Assembly: GCA_018208355.1 (NCBI GenBank)
Contig: CP062796.1
Location: forward strand, 621,217 to 685,216
Source of the DNA: Candidatus Fermentithermobacillus carboniphilus
Lineage (GTDB): Bacteria; Bacillota; Sulfobacillia; Fermentithermobacillales; Fermentithermobacillaceae
DNA length: 64,000 nucleotides
Direction of reading: 5' to 3'
Shown: one piece after another, positions 46,475-56,725 of the stretch
How the letters are laid out: each line of letters opens with the position of its first letter
Position numbering within the stretch: position 1 is the stretch's first letter
Translations under genes and position numbers: made by a program
Notes under the pieces: model-generated
What the model was told of the DNA's origin: nothing
Seen by the model: the letters and a program-made list of their open reading frames with translations, nothing else
Databases searched by the model: none

Positions 46475-47578
46475 TTAAGTAGGCAGGCCACCTGCGTCTC
46501 GTTCCTCACCGATGGGGGATTCCATCGAAAGGTCTTCCCACTTTCCGCACTTGGAGCCCCACCTCGCCACGGGTTCCCGGTCGATCAGTATCTCCTGGAC
46601 CTCGCATGAGTTGGCGCAGTCGTCGCAGACGAAGCCCCGCGTTCTCGCACTGAAGGTAGCGATCTTATTCACGCCCCGGAACGCGGTCTTGCCGCCAGTC
46701 TCCATGTACTTTTCCCTCGCCAAAAGAGCAGCACCCCACGCTCCCATTACCTTGAAGTGGGGCGGTACCGTGATCTCGACCCCGAGTTTTTTCTCAAGGG
46801 CCCTTAACATGCCGACGTTGGCGGCGACTCCTCCTTGGAATAGGACCCTTGGCCTTATAGGCTGCCCGCGGGCGACGTTTGTGACGTAATTTGTGGCAAG
46901 GGCCATACAAAGCCCCGCTATGAGGTCTTCCTTTCTGTAGCCCATCTGCTGCTTGTGTATGAGATCCGACTCTGCAAAGACACCGCAACGACCGGCGATC
47001 CTCGCAGGCGAGTCAGAGCGAAGAGCCCAATCGCCGAATTCCTCGATGGGGATACCGAGTCTGGACGCCTGGTGATCGAGGAAAGAACCTGTTCCGGCGG
47101 CGCAGACTGTGTTCATGTTGAACCCCACCGGGTACCCGTCTCTGAAGAAAATTATCTTTGAATCCTGCCCGCCTATATCTATGACGGTGCCCACGTCGGG
47201 GAAAAGAAAAGAAGCAGCCTTAGCATGACTGGAAATCTCGTTCTTTACCGTATCTGCCCCTATGAGAACCCTGGCCAGCTCCCGGCCTGACCCGGTGGCT
47301 CCAACCATCCGTATGGAGTCGACAAAGCCGCAAGACTGAAGGTGTCTGAAACCTTCCTGTAAAGCTCCTATCGGGCCGCCTTGGTTACGAATGTAATCCT
47401 CGAAGATGATGTCGCCATCTTCTCCTATGAGCACGATCTTGGTCGTAACGCTCCCCACGTCGATACCCAAGAACCTGTTCTCGAGCCGGGCCAAAGGCCT
47501 CTTGCTCCCGTAGAGCTCACGGTCCCCGCTATTATGGACCCGTTCTTTTGTCCCTTTAATAGCCGTATCCTCGTTCAT
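46475..47578 (-). CDS. Acyl-CoA dehydratase activase (HgdC-like ASKHA ATPase)
   Basis: GIDVGSVTTK, DIGGQDSK, CAAGTGSFL, CGVFAES. Confidence 0.9.
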   Translation of the reverse strand: MNEDTAIKGTKERVHNSGDRELYGSKRPLARLENRFLGIDVGSVTTKIVLIGEDGDIIFEDYIRNQGGPIGALQEGFRHLQSCGFVDSIRMVGATGSGRELARVLIGADTVKNEISSHAKAASFLFPDVGTVIDIGGQDSKIIFFRDGYPVGFNMNTVCAAGTGSFLDHQASRLGIPIEEFGDWALRSDSPARIAGRCGVFAESDLIHKQQMGYRKEDLIAGLCMALATNYVTNVARGQPIRPRVLFQGGVAANVGMLRALEKKLGVEITVPPHFKVMGAWGAALLAREKYMETGGKTAFRGVNKIATFSARTRGFVCDDCANSCEVQEILIDREPVARWGSKCGKWEDLSMESPIGEERDAGGLPT

Positions 47579-49796
47579 GCCGTTTCGCCTTTTCTTTTCT
47601 CCTTCCCGCCAGAAGATCGCAGAAAGCCTCCAGCCGCGTTGTCAACCCCGCCACGCCCGTCTGCTCGGAGATCATCAGTGAGAGGACCGGCAGCTGGAGG
47701 TCCCTCGAGACTTTCACCAGTATGTTCTGGGCGATTATCTCGGGCATGCAGGTGAACGGGAACAGATGGATCACTCCGTCCATCCCACGCCTCTTGGCCA
47801 TGACTGCCTCTCCGACTGTTTCCTGGCCGTGACCGCCCACCGATACGGGTATGTAGTGCTCGGCAGCTTTGGTGACTAACCGGTAGTCAAGGACTGCCAC
47901 GGGTGTTTTCAAAAGGTGATAGTTCACCCACCCTGTCACGTCCAGCCTCCTGTAGACCCTCACCCGCTGCTCAAAAGACCCCAGAATCTTTTCTACTTCC
48001 TTATTCACATAAGGTTCGTTTACGACGTATATTTCCCCGACTATGGACACCCGTAACGGCTCTCCCGGGACTCGCCTTATACCCCGCATATCCCCAACAA
48101 ATCTTCTAAAACACTCAACTGCAGATAAGACGCCGGATGCGTTCTCCATCTCCCGCAAGAACTCCTTATACCTCCTCTCTCCCAAGCCCCGCTCTTCCTC
48201 CCGGGCCCGTACCTCCCTGAGCAGATCCTGGGCCCGGTCGAGAAGGAACAATTTGGAAATGGCCAAAGTCGCGCCGCGGACAACGTCTCTAGGTCCGGGT
48301 GACCCAACGATTTCGCGGACAACCTGCAAAAAAAGCTGGCCCTTTTCCTTCCATGGAAAAGGAGAATCCACCGCCAGAATTCGAACCCGGTAGCCGGCAC
48401 GGGTCAACAATTCCTGCATTACCTGGGCATACCATCCCAGCCTGCAACGACCTTTACCCTGGATCATGATGATCCTGTCCACGCCCCGGTGTATGAGCTC
48501 GCGCATCTGTCCCAGGAGGGCGACCATGGGATAGCAGATGAACTCGGGCGCCAATTCCTTGCCGAGGGTGACCACAGTATCCGATAGAGGGCCCGGTAAC
48601 ACCACCTCAACCCCGCAAGCTCGAAGCAGTGACGCAACGGGAATGTTCAAGGTTCCCATGTTAACCGCACCGACGGGTCCGGCAGGTACAGGTCCCGGAA
48701 CCGGAGGACTGTTCCGATGGATCGTCGATTTTCGGGCAGGTTCCGGCCGGTAAACGCACAAACTCTTCCGCAAAAACGGCTTTCCGCAAGAATCCAGAAA
48801 GGCCTCGAGCCTCGTGACAAGACCCGCCTCGCCTGTGTGTTCGTCAACTGTAAGAGAAAGGAACGGGATCCCGTTATCTTCCGCCGCCCGGGACAGGTAG
48901 TTTTCTATAATCGACGCGGGGCCGCACGAGAAGGCAGAAACCATTATCATCCGGCTGACAAGCCGGTCCCTCGCAAGAAAAAGCCCGGAGCCCAGAATGT
49001 GCCCTTCTACAGCCCACATTTTCTCCCCCTCAAATATGGTTGCAAGGTGCTGCCGCGCATCTTCGGGCGAAACCATTTCGGGCAGGATTATGGGGCCAAA
49101 GGCCCTCGTCATCTCCAGAATCTTCCTCCCGAATAAGTCGTGGAGGACATAGGCGTGTCCTAGGATAGCAGTAGCTCCCGAGCCAACCACAGGTTCCTTC
49201 ACCCCGGCTGTCCCAAAAGCTTTAAAACCCGATAGGGCTTCTTTCCGCAATAGCACCTTAAGCACGCCCTCTCGCTTTTCCAATAAGTCCAGGACACTCA
49301 GCCGGCAGCGGCTCATGGCGCTCTCCGACTCTTTCCACGCCAAAAGTCCCCGTTCCAGGGCGCGCCGCACCAGCCCCCGGTCTTTAACGCCTAACTTCGA
49401 TGCAGCCTGTATCCACGTTTTCTGCCAGCACCCGGGGTTGTCTTTGAAGTCGATGACCGGACTTATCACCTTTTCGGGCTCAAGATCCAATCCGGCTCGC
49501 AACATGTACGGCAAGCCCATCATCTTCGGACAGCAGTAGTTCTTCTGGTCCAGGGAGACTACCGACGGAACGAAAAGGGCCTCCACCTTATCTTCGACGA
49601 GCAGCCTTTCCGCGTGGGAAAACGCGATTTTCACTGATACACAGGGCTCGTCGGTTGGACAGAGTTTCATTTGGTCCAGATCTTTCGGCGTCGAACAGGG
49701 CGTCTCGACGAAATCCACACCTATCACCCGCAGGAACTCCCTGTACAGCGGAAAGAGGTAATAAAAGCCGAGGATCCTGGGAACCCCTACACGCAT
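47556..49796 (-). CDS. Dehydratase/activase-associated protein (two fused DUF2229-like modules)
   Basis: VGVPR, CPKMMGLP, FSCGP, DEHTGEAGLVTRLEAF, GEIYV, PFTCMPE. Confidence 0.8.
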   Translation of the reverse strand: MRVGVPRILGFYYLFPLYREFLRVIGVDFVETPCSTPKDLDQMKLCPTDEPCVSVKIAFSHAERLLVEDKVEALFVPSVVSLDQKNYCCPKMMGLPYMLRAGLDLEPEKVISPVIDFKDNPGCWQKTWIQAASKLGVKDRGLVRRALERGLLAWKESESAMSRCRLSVLDLLEKREGVLKVLLRKEALSGFKAFGTAGVKEPVVGSGATAILGHAYVLHDLFGRKILEMTRAFGPIILPEMVSPEDARQHLATIFEGEKMWAVEGHILGSGLFLARDRLVSRMIMVSAFSCGPASIIENYLSRAAEDNGIPFLSLTVDEHTGEAGLVTRLEAFLDSCGKPFLRKSLCVYRPEPARKSTIHRNSPPVPGPVPAGPVGAVNMGTLNIPVASLLRACGVEVVLPGPLSDTVVTLGKELAPEFICYPMVALLGQMRELIHRGVDRIIMIQGKGRCRLGWYAQVMQELLTRAGYRVRILAVDSPFPWKEKGQLFLQVVREIVGSPGPRDVVRGATLAISKLFLLDRAQDLLREVRAREEERGLGERRYKEFLREMENASGVLSAVECFRRFVGDMRGIRRVPGEPLRVSIVGEIYVVNEPYVNKEVEKILGSFEQRVRVYRRLDVTGWVNYHLLKTPVAVLDYRLVTKAAEHYIPVSVGGHGQETVGEAVMAKRRGMDGVIHLFPFTCMPEIIAQNILVKVSRDLQLPVLSLMISEQTGVAGLTTRLEAFCDLLAGRRKEKAKRHERGYGY

Positions 49797-50060
49797 AGAC
49801 GGTTTCCGACCACCTCTTGGCCGAAGATCTCGCAAAGAGATCCTTCTTTTTCCGCAAACGACGTCTTTACGTAATATATCCAGGAAGGCACTAAGCTACT
49901 CAGAAGATCATGAGAAACGCGGTAAACTAGCGGTAACTATAAGAAGGACACCGTTCCCGGTGGAAAATGCCACTCATGGCTGGGGTGAAACCCTAAACCA
50001 AGAGGGTTATCGTGCGGACCGGCTGTGGTCCTTCTGTCTACTAAGAGGACCGTGGCGGGG

Positions 50061-51020
50061 CTATCTGCCTGTCCTATCAAGACTGATTTTCCCGGCACCG
50101 CAAGAAACCCGGATGTCGAATCTGGTCGAAGCATTTGAGTAGTCTCTGGTAACCCAAGCTCCGCCTTCTTTGACAAGGCCGTTCTTAGAGAAGTCCAGCC
50201 TGGTGACCAACGGTGGGCCGGATACGCTGAGGCGAACACCGGCGGTCTCGGGTACCTTGACGCTGACGTTGGCCACGCCGCTCGAGAGCACCACTTTGGT
50301 CTCTCTTCCGGTGAGACCGAGACTGATGTCAAGTTTGGCCACACCGGTGGACACGGTGAGGTTCTCCAGGAATACGGAAGAACAGTCCATCGTCAGGTCG
50401 GCGACCCCACCCGCCACATTCACGGCGGTAATCAAGGAAGGATTCAGAGACACGTTCCAGACCTGCTTTCCGGCGTCGTCACTCCACACAGGGGACGTCA
50501 ATGCAACTTTCAACTCATCCGCACTCTCGTTTTGGGAAAACTCGCATTGAGGCTCAGTCCTATCCCAGGAAAGGTTGGCCACAAGAGCTTCAGGTTCGCT
50601 TTTCTCGTTCAGCTCGGGAGCCCCCTTGATCTCTATCTCCACGGAAGGGGCTCTCATATCCAGCTTCAGCCTTGATACCCGCGGAGAGAGCGGCGCTTTG
50701 AACTCCTTGTTGCCTTCCAGCGGTCTCAACACGGAGGTTTTGGGGAACATCCGGAAACGCCACGGCCTATCGTACGGACGGCTGCCCGACCTAGAAGGAT
50801 TCATTGCGGCCAAAACCAGTATGACGAGGACCGCCAGAGCAAGCCCTGGCACCTTCCACCTGGAAAATGCCACTTGAATTCCCAACCCTATAAGTAGGAT
50901 AGGCCAGTAGCTGATAGCCGAATCCCAGACCGACCACGGGAGGTAACCGGTCGTGTTCATGAGCAATATTGCGCCCAGGAATACCAGTACCAAGCCATTC
51001 ATGAGCCTCTTAGTCATCAT
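50061..51020 (-). CDS. DUF5668/LiaF-like membrane protein with beta-rich C-terminus
   Basis: GLVLVFLG...[10 protein letters not shown]; repeated GVA/GAG beta motifs. Confidence 0.75.
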   Translation of the reverse strand: MMTKRLMNGLVLVFLGAILLMNTTGYLPWSVWDSAISYWPILLIGLGIQVAFSRWKVPGLALAVLVILVLAAMNPSRSGSRPYDRPWRFRMFPKTSVLRPLEGNKEFKAPLSPRVSRLKLDMRAPSVEIEIKGAPELNEKSEPEALVANLSWDRTEPQCEFSQNESADELKVALTSPVWSDDAGKQVWNVSLNPSLITAVNVAGGVADLTMDCSSVFLENLTVSTGVAKLDISLGLTGRETKVVLSSGVANVSVKVPETAGVRLSVSGPPLVTRLDFSKNGLVKEGGAWVTRDYSNASTRFDIRVSCGAGKISLDRTGR

Positions 51021-51658
51021 TCACGGCCTCCCCTGACGGCTGTGAAGATGAGCGCAAGACCCAGGACTATGATGGCCGCGGGCCACCAGGTCCGCAGCAG
51101 TCTCAAAGGAACGCTCCACCAGAACGGGGATATATATTTCCTTATCATGACGATGACCCCGACGGCTATCAAGATATAACCTAGAAACTGCCTGCTCCTG
51201 TCTTTATCATGTTCCCTCTCTGCTTCACTTGAGCGGCTTGGCTGGACCTGGGCTTTAGGAACATTGACCTCACCGGGGTTCTCCGGCCCCTCACGCTGCT
51301 CACTGATACCGAGTATCTCGTTGGCTGTGGGCGGGACCTTTCGCTCGGTTTCCTCAGGTTCGTTGCCGGTTAGTCCGACGTGGTATTCCGGACCGTTCCT
51401 GACCGGTACATTACCGGGCGAAGCCGTCTTCCCAGCGTCGCTGCCCGCCTCTCCTCCTATCACATCACTGTACCCCGAAGGAGCTTCGGGTATGATGATC
51501 CATGCGATAATGTAAGCCAATATCATGCTGGGAAAAATTACAGCCAGAAGAGCGAAAGCCAGCCGCATCACCGTGACATCCACGTCAAAGTATTCTGCCA
51601 GCCCCGCGGCGACTCCGCCTATAACCCTGCTGGTCCTGGACCTGTACAGTTTCTTCAT
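51017..51658 (-). CDS. PspC domain membrane protein
   Basis: MKKLYRS...[12 protein letters not shown]...[10 protein letters not shown]. Confidence 0.9.
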   Translation of the reverse strand: MKKLYRSRTSRVIGGVAAGLAEYFDVDVTVMRLAFALLAVIFPSMILAYIIAWIIIPEAPSGYSDVIGGEAGSDAGKTASPGNVPVRNGPEYHVGLTGNEPEETERKVPPTANEILGISEQREGPENPGEVNVPKAQVQPSRSSEAEREHDKDRSRQFLGYILIAVGVIVMIRKYISPFWWSVPLRLLRTWWPAAIIVLGLALIFTAVRGGRE

Positions 51659-52281
51659 CGTTTATATCCCCCGCTTCGTGACAACCCGATCTGCATCACA
51701 AATACGACCGTAACGATTCCACCAAATACAATTACGCTCAGGAGTTGCGCAGGTAATGTGCTCCCAAGGATTTCGAGAGACGTAAACCCGTCGATCCTCA
51801 AAGCCATATAAAACAAGCGAAGACTTTCGGAAAGTGCTCCCGAAGAGACGAGATCCCACATGACTTTAAGGTCTCTCCACCCCAGGAGGTGGTATTGCTG
51901 ACTTACAACCGGTAGGTAGTCAGCGAACTGCCATTGAAATACGGCGCCGAGAGCTATCATGACCGCGCTAAACGCCCACTTCACCTTGAACGAAAACCCC
52001 GAAAGCTTCCGGGCAGAAACCTTCCGGTCACCCTCCAGGCGAGGGTTCAATGGTTCCCACGACTCGACCAATTGAACGAGACGGCGAGAAAACTCCTCCG
52101 GAGGTTCTTCAGGAACGATGCTGGAAAGCGCACGGTCAAAAGCCTGGAAACGAAAAAGGCGCTCTCTGCAGCCCGGGCATTTATTCACGTGAATCTTTAT
52201 GCGCCAGGACTCCCACAAGGGCAAATCGTTATAATGGTATCTCTCAAGATCGAGCTCCGGCGGGCACTTTGTGAGCCTCAT
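51655..52281 (-). CDS. Zinc-finger anti-sigma factor
   Basis: HVNKCPGC (HxxxCxxC) plus TM helices. Confidence 0.85.
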   Translation of the reverse strand: MRLTKCPPELDLERYHYNDLPLWESWRIKIHVNKCPGCRERLFRFQAFDRALSSIVPEEPPEEFSRRLVQLVESWEPLNPRLEGDRKVSARKLSGFSFKVKWAFSAVMIALGAVFQWQFADYLPVVSQQYHLLGWRDLKVMWDLVSSGALSESLRLFYMALRIDGFTSLEILGSTLPAQLLSVIVFGGIVTVVFVMQIGLSRSGGYKR

Positions 52282-52363
52282 GAAAACACACCTCCGTCCA
52301 GTGCCCCGGTCACAACGCTTGCGGAAGGCGTATTAACCCGGTGCGGTCTCCGGTCAACCACCC

Positions 52364-52927
52364 CTACCACGTGTACCCACCGTCCTCCAGTATTTTTCTG
52401 AGAACTTGCCTTCCGCGATATAGCCTGTTCTTGATGACGGTCTCTTTCATGCCGGTTATTTCCGATATTTCCCGGATCGACAAGCCTTCTATGTGGAAAA
52501 GTATCACCAGTTCCCGGTACCCGTCCTTCAGCTTGCCGATAGCGTCTTTCAGGATTTCTCCAAGTTCCTTGTTCTCATAGCTTTTCTCAGGCGACGGTCC
52601 CGGACTCGAGAGCCTTGCTTGTTCAACCTCGTTGTCGTCCAGTGACTCCTCCGAAGGACTCCGCCCTATCTTCCGGCCCCTATCCGCACACAGGTTCCAT
52701 GTAATCCGGTACACCCAGGGTAGAAAAGGCTTCCCGAGTTCAAAAGAAGGAAGGCCCCGGTAGACGCGGAAAAGAGCCTCCTGAGTGACGTCCATGGCGT
52801 CCTCGCGGTTTCCCGTGAGCCGGTATGCCAGGTTGTATATGCTCCGGTGATACTTTTGCACCAAAGCCGCAAAAGCATCCTTGTCCCCGTTCTGGGCTTT
52901 TTCAATAAGTTCTCTATCCTCTTGCAG
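52364..52927 (-). CDS. ECF sigma factor (SigW-like), probable CTG start
   Basis: DRELIEKAQNGDKDAFAALVQKY, DAMDVTQE, WVYRI, KNRLYRGR. Confidence 0.88.
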   Translation of the reverse strand: MQEDRELIEKAQNGDKDAFAALVQKYHRSIYNLAYRLTGNREDAMDVTQEALFRVYRGLPSFELGKPFLPWVYRITWNLCADRGRKIGRSPSEESLDDNEVEQARLSSPGPSPEKSYENKELGEILKDAIGKLKDGYRELVILFHIEGLSIREISEITGMKETVIKNRLYRGRQVLRKILEDGGYTW

Positions 52928-52982
52928 GAAGGAAGCCCCCCAGGCTAAAGCCCGGCCTCTATAGGTATACGCCGGGCAGATG

Positions 52983-53009
52983 TACGTGGTCTGATCTTAT
53001 CCTGTTACA
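52983..53009 (-). promoter_or_regulatory. ECF-type autoregulatory promoter
   Basis: TGTAAC-N17-CGTA upstream of the sigma gene. Confidence 0.6.
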
Positions 53010-53136
53010 CGGACAATAGAATACTACCAGAGATCCTTGGTCTCCTTCCATTGATTCTTGATCCAGATTTCCGACGGCTTTATGGGGGCTCAAAAGTCAG
53101 ATATATTGAGCGTAAAGGGCCAGAGGAGGGAATCTC

Positions 53137-53439
53137 ATGGACGGGAGGTTTATCGGAAAGGTCGTTCCGGTTGAGGTTTCCCAGGAAATTGGTTTCAAGA
53201 GACCCGTGTCTTTCACCTGGGATTCCCAAGTATACAGGGTAACAGAAATCCTCTTAAAATGGGAAGATTACGGGTTCGGCCAGTCTCCTCCAAAGAACCG
53301 GCACTGGTGGCTGCGACGCCACCGCACTTACTACCACGTCCTCACCGATTCCGGGAGGATCTTTGAGTTATATTATGACAGGGCGTCGAAAAAGCCCTCC
53401 TGGGTTCTGGTCAAGGAGATCGCTTCCCGGGAGATGTAG
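53137..53439 (+). CDS. DUF6504-like protein
   Basis: PVSFTW...YRVTEILLKW...RTYYHV...FELYYD; AGGAGG RBS. Confidence 0.75.
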   Translation: MDGRFIGKVVPVEVSQEIGFKRPVSFTWDSQVYRVTEILLKWEDYGFGQSPPKNRHWWLRRHRTYYHVLTDSGRIFELYYDRASKKPSWVLVKEIASREM

Positions 53440-53504
53440 CATGACGGAAGCCCAAACCGCTCTCTGGCCCCAATACAGGCATGGCCTACTCGAGAAGGTG
53501 CAGC

Positions 53505-54545
53505 CTACCCGACACCCTTCTCGATTGCCTCCCGGACTATCCGGTCTACCCGTAAGGCCCTCTCATGCCAGGAGTTTTTCCTGGCCCAGTCCTCACGCTT
53601 TTTTGCCCACCCCGGCTTTTCGGCGCTTTCACGCAGGACATCCTCCAGCGCGAAGCTGAACTCCTGGTAATTACGGGCCACACGGGCGAAAGGACAAATC
53701 GCCACTTCGTGGATATCGGTTGATACGACCGGCTTGCCGCACGCCAGATACTCGTACATCTTTATGGGGTTCGAGTAACGTGTCATCGCACTAACCTTAA
53801 AAGGGATTATCCCCACGTCGAAACGTCTGACGTACCCGGGAAGGTCATCGTAGTTCTTCTCACCCAGATAGAATATATTAGGACTGTAAGGGAGGTCTTG
53901 TTTCGACAGGCCCAGGACAGGACCTACAAAGACGAAGTTCCAATGAGGAAGCTTCCTCGATACACGGTAGACGAGGTTCCAGTCTATCCACGTAGCCAGC
54001 ACACCGTGATATCCTGCGACCGGCCCCGACCTTTTCGGGAAGTCGTCAGGAATTGGGCCGGCTGTTTTGAATGTCTCGCAGTCGGCGGCGTTGGGAAGGT
54101 AGTACACCCTCGGGTGGCGTTCGCGGTACTTTTCGTAAAGTAGATAACTTGCGCAGAACACCATCGATGCTACGGAGAAAGCCTCTTCGAGCCCCTTCTT
54201 CCACGAGGCAAATTCTTCCTCAGGTTCGTCGCATAGGTCAAATACTACAAAGTCTTCCGCGTAAACACCTCCCGCAAACACGTGGTGATCGGGCAGAGTG
54301 AACCACAGGATGACCGGAACGTCGCGAGGCACCGCAAGAGGTGAGGCATCGCGGCTCAAGACAAAAAGACCGGATTCCACCTCTTTTTTGGGCGTCCTCC
54401 TGCCTACGGTAGCCGGGTCGTGGTAGACGCATGTATACCCAATCTTCGCGAGGTGACGGAGGATTTGGTGTGGCCTCTGGCGTAAGCGGTCCCAGGGAAT
54501 GGTCGGTGGGTAAAAGACGGTAGGCAAGTTCCTCACCTCATGCAT
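53505..54545 (-). CDS. GT-B glycosyltransferase (TuaH-like)
   Basis: QRPHQI, LPNAAD, DVGIIPF, PIKMYEYLACGKPVV. Confidence 0.88.
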   Translation of the reverse strand: MHEVRNLPTVFYPPTIPWDRLRQRPHQILRHLAKIGYTCVYHDPATVGRRTPKKEVESGLFVLSRDASPLAVPRDVPVILWFTLPDHHVFAGGVYAEDFVVFDLCDEPEEEFASWKKGLEEAFSVASMVFCASYLLYEKYRERHPRVYYLPNAADCETFKTAGPIPDDFPKRSGPVAGYHGVLATWIDWNLVYRVSRKLPHWNFVFVGPVLGLSKQDLPYSPNIFYLGEKNYDDLPGYVRRFDVGIIPFKVSAMTRYSNPIKMYEYLACGKPVVSTDIHEVAICPFARVARNYQEFSFALEDVLRESAEKPGWAKKREDWARKNSWHERALRVDRIVREAIEKGVG

Positions 54546-54747
54546 TTCTTTTCCCACAGGAGGTTGCTTGCCGCGACGCAAAGCAACTCGAGCAGGTCCT
54601 GTATATGCTTATGCCGCAGGAACCTTGTACGTTCAGGACGACCCCAAAGAAGAGGTATCCTGCGAGGCCTCGACGAAGTACTATTCATCCGGATCCTTCG
54701 AGTATCGGATTTTTATAGAGTCGAGTTTCGGCAAAAGGAGGTTATCT

Positions 54748-56385
54748 ATGTTCGATCTCATCCTTCGCAACGGAACAGTGATCGATGGAACCGGGCGACC
54801 GGGCTACAAGAGTGACGTCGGTATCCTCGGCGGGCGTATTGCCGCCCTGGGAGACCTCAGTGGCGCTGAGTCCCGAGAAACAATCGACGTTTCCTCGATG
54901 GCCGTGTGCCCGGGATTCATCGATATGCATTCCCACTCAGACCTGTCTATCCTGGCCCACAGGAAAGCAGAAAGTTCCATCTCTCAGGGAATCACTACCG
55001 AAGTGGTGGGAAACTGCGGCTGGTCGATGGCCCCGGTGAAGGCAGAGACAAGAGAATCCGTACTCAAGCGGCTCCTCGGTAGCCTCGTGAACAGAGAAGC
55101 GTTTTCCAGCCTCGAATGGAACTGGCACTCTTTCGGCGAATTTCTGGACACCCTGGAGAAAGCGGGCACGGGCGTAAACATCGTGCCGCAAGTCGGTCAA
55201 AGCCTAATACGGGCTCACGTCGTCGGCACCGAAAAGAGGAATGCAACGCGCGGCGAAATAGAGGCCATGAAGGATCTCGTCCGGGAATCGCTGGAAGAGG
55301 GAGCCTGGGGGATGTCGACTGGTCGTAGCTACAGACCCGGGGGATTTGCCCCAACCGAGGAGATAATTGCCCTTGCCAAGGTCGTGGCAAAGTACGGCGG
55401 AATCTACGCGACCCACATGAAAAGCGAGGGAGATGACCTTTTTTCGGCAGTCGAAGAAGCCTGTGAAATCGCGGAAAAGTCAGGGGTAAAGGTCGAGATC
55501 TCTCACCATAAAGCTGTCGGCAAAAAGAATTTCGGTAAAGTCCACAAGAGTCTCGAAATGATAGCTTCCGCTAGGCAGAGGGGACTCGCGATTTCCGTCG
55601 ACGTCTATCCATACGAGTTTGCCCAAATCAGCTCTTTGATCAGACTGTTTCCAGAGGAGGTCTGGGACCATATCCAAAAAGCCTCAGGATCCGGTCTAAA
55701 ATCATCCGGGGACTTTCCCACTCAGGAGGAAATCCGAGAGGCTCTGAAAGACCCTGCCGTAATACGCGCGATTAAGTCCATGCCGGGGCTGGGTCCCGTC
55801 CTCGAGAGGGTCAAGAATTACCTCATCACGAACGCGCCCTCTGCTCCCGACCTGGAAGGCCGGGTCCTAGGCGAGTATGCCGAAGAGAAGGGGCTGGACC
55901 TTGCAGATTTCCTAGTCGATCTCTTAGGAAAGGATGGTCTCGGCGTTCACGCCGCCTGGCCCATCAGCTCGGATGATGTCTACACCGTTGTCTCGGCTGA
56001 CTTCGCCATGGTCGGGACCGACGCTTTCACCCTGGACCGTCCCATCTACCCCACTCCGATTCACCCCAGGCACTACGGGACTTTCCCGCGGGTCATAGGC
56101 AGGTTCGTGCGGGACAAAAAACTCTTCTCCCTCGAAGACGCGGTGAAAAAGTGCACATATATGCCAGCCCGCACTCTGGGCATTCCCTACCGAGGCTGTG
56201 TGGAAGTGGGATTCTGGGCAGACCTGGTCGTCTTTGACCCGACAAAACTCGAAGACACCGCAACGGCGAAAAAACCTTACGACAGATCTCTGGGCATTGA
56301 GTACGTTCTGGTCAACGGCAAGATCGCCCTGGAGAAGGGAGAAGTCAGGCCCGTCTTTGCCGGCAAAGTCCTGAGACGGCAGTAG
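54748..56385 (+). CDS. N-acyl-D-amino-acid deacylase
   Basis: PGFIDMHSHSD, GNCG, ISHHK, HPRHYGTFPR; AAGGAGG RBS. Confidence 0.92.
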   Translation: MFDLILRNGTVIDGTGRPGYKSDVGILGGRIAALGDLSGAESRETIDVSSMAVCPGFIDMHSHSDLSILAHRKAESSISQGITTEVVGNCGWSMAPVKAETRESVLKRLLGSLVNREAFSSLEWNWHSFGEFLDTLEKAGTGVNIVPQVGQSLIRAHVVGTEKRNATRGEIEAMKDLVRESLEEGAWGMSTGRSYRPGGFAPTEEIIALAKVVAKYGGIYATHMKSEGDDLFSAVEEACEIAEKSGVKVEISHHKAVGKKNFGKVHKSLEMIASARQRGLAISVDVYPYEFAQISSLIRLFPEEVWDHIQKASGSGLKSSGDFPTQEEIREALKDPAVIRAIKSMPGLGPVLERVKNYLITNAPSAPDLEGRVLGEYAEEKGLDLADFLVDLLGKDGLGVHAAWPISSDDVYTVVSADFAMVGTDAFTLDRPIYPTPIHPRHYGTFPRVIGRFVRDKKLFSLEDAVKKCTYMPARTLGIPYRGCVEVGFWADLVVFDPTKLEDTATAKKPYDRSLGIEYVLVNGKIALEKGEVRPVFAGKVLRRQ

Positions 56386-56495
56386 ACGCCCTCCGAATAT
56401 TTAGCCTCGCACAGCAATAGGTAGCACCAAGAATAACTGCGACATGACGGGGACAATCCCGAGCCGTACAAATCCTGAGCAGTACAAAAAAATGA

Positions 56496-56545
56496 GAACC
56501 CCGGCCCTTTGGCTGCTGAAGGAAAAAGCGGGGCCGGGGTTTTTG
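56496..56545. terminator. Bidirectional terminator-like hairpin
   Basis: AACCCCGGCCC...GGGCCGGGGTT flanked by A- and T-runs between convergent genes. Confidence 0.6.
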
Positions 56546-56547
56546 TC

Positions 56548-56673
56548 TTACTTATTCTTAGGAGCCTCCTGCTTGACAAGTTCCTCTTTTGGCGCACCAC
56601 ACTGCGGGCACTTCCCGGGTTTGCACCGACCCTCGACGACGTGACCACATTTGGAGCACTTCCAAACCGCCAT
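56548..56673 (-). CDS. RCKP-type rubredoxin-like small protein
   Basis: MAVWKCSKCG...GRCKPGKCPQCG; GGAGGTG RBS. Confidence 0.85.
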   Translation of the reverse strand: MAVWKCSKCGHVVEGRCKPGKCPQCGAPKEELVKQEAPKNK

Positions 56674-56725
56674 TTTCACACCTCCCAAGCACCTGACTAT
56701 TCCGTTTATCGTAAAACCGATTACA

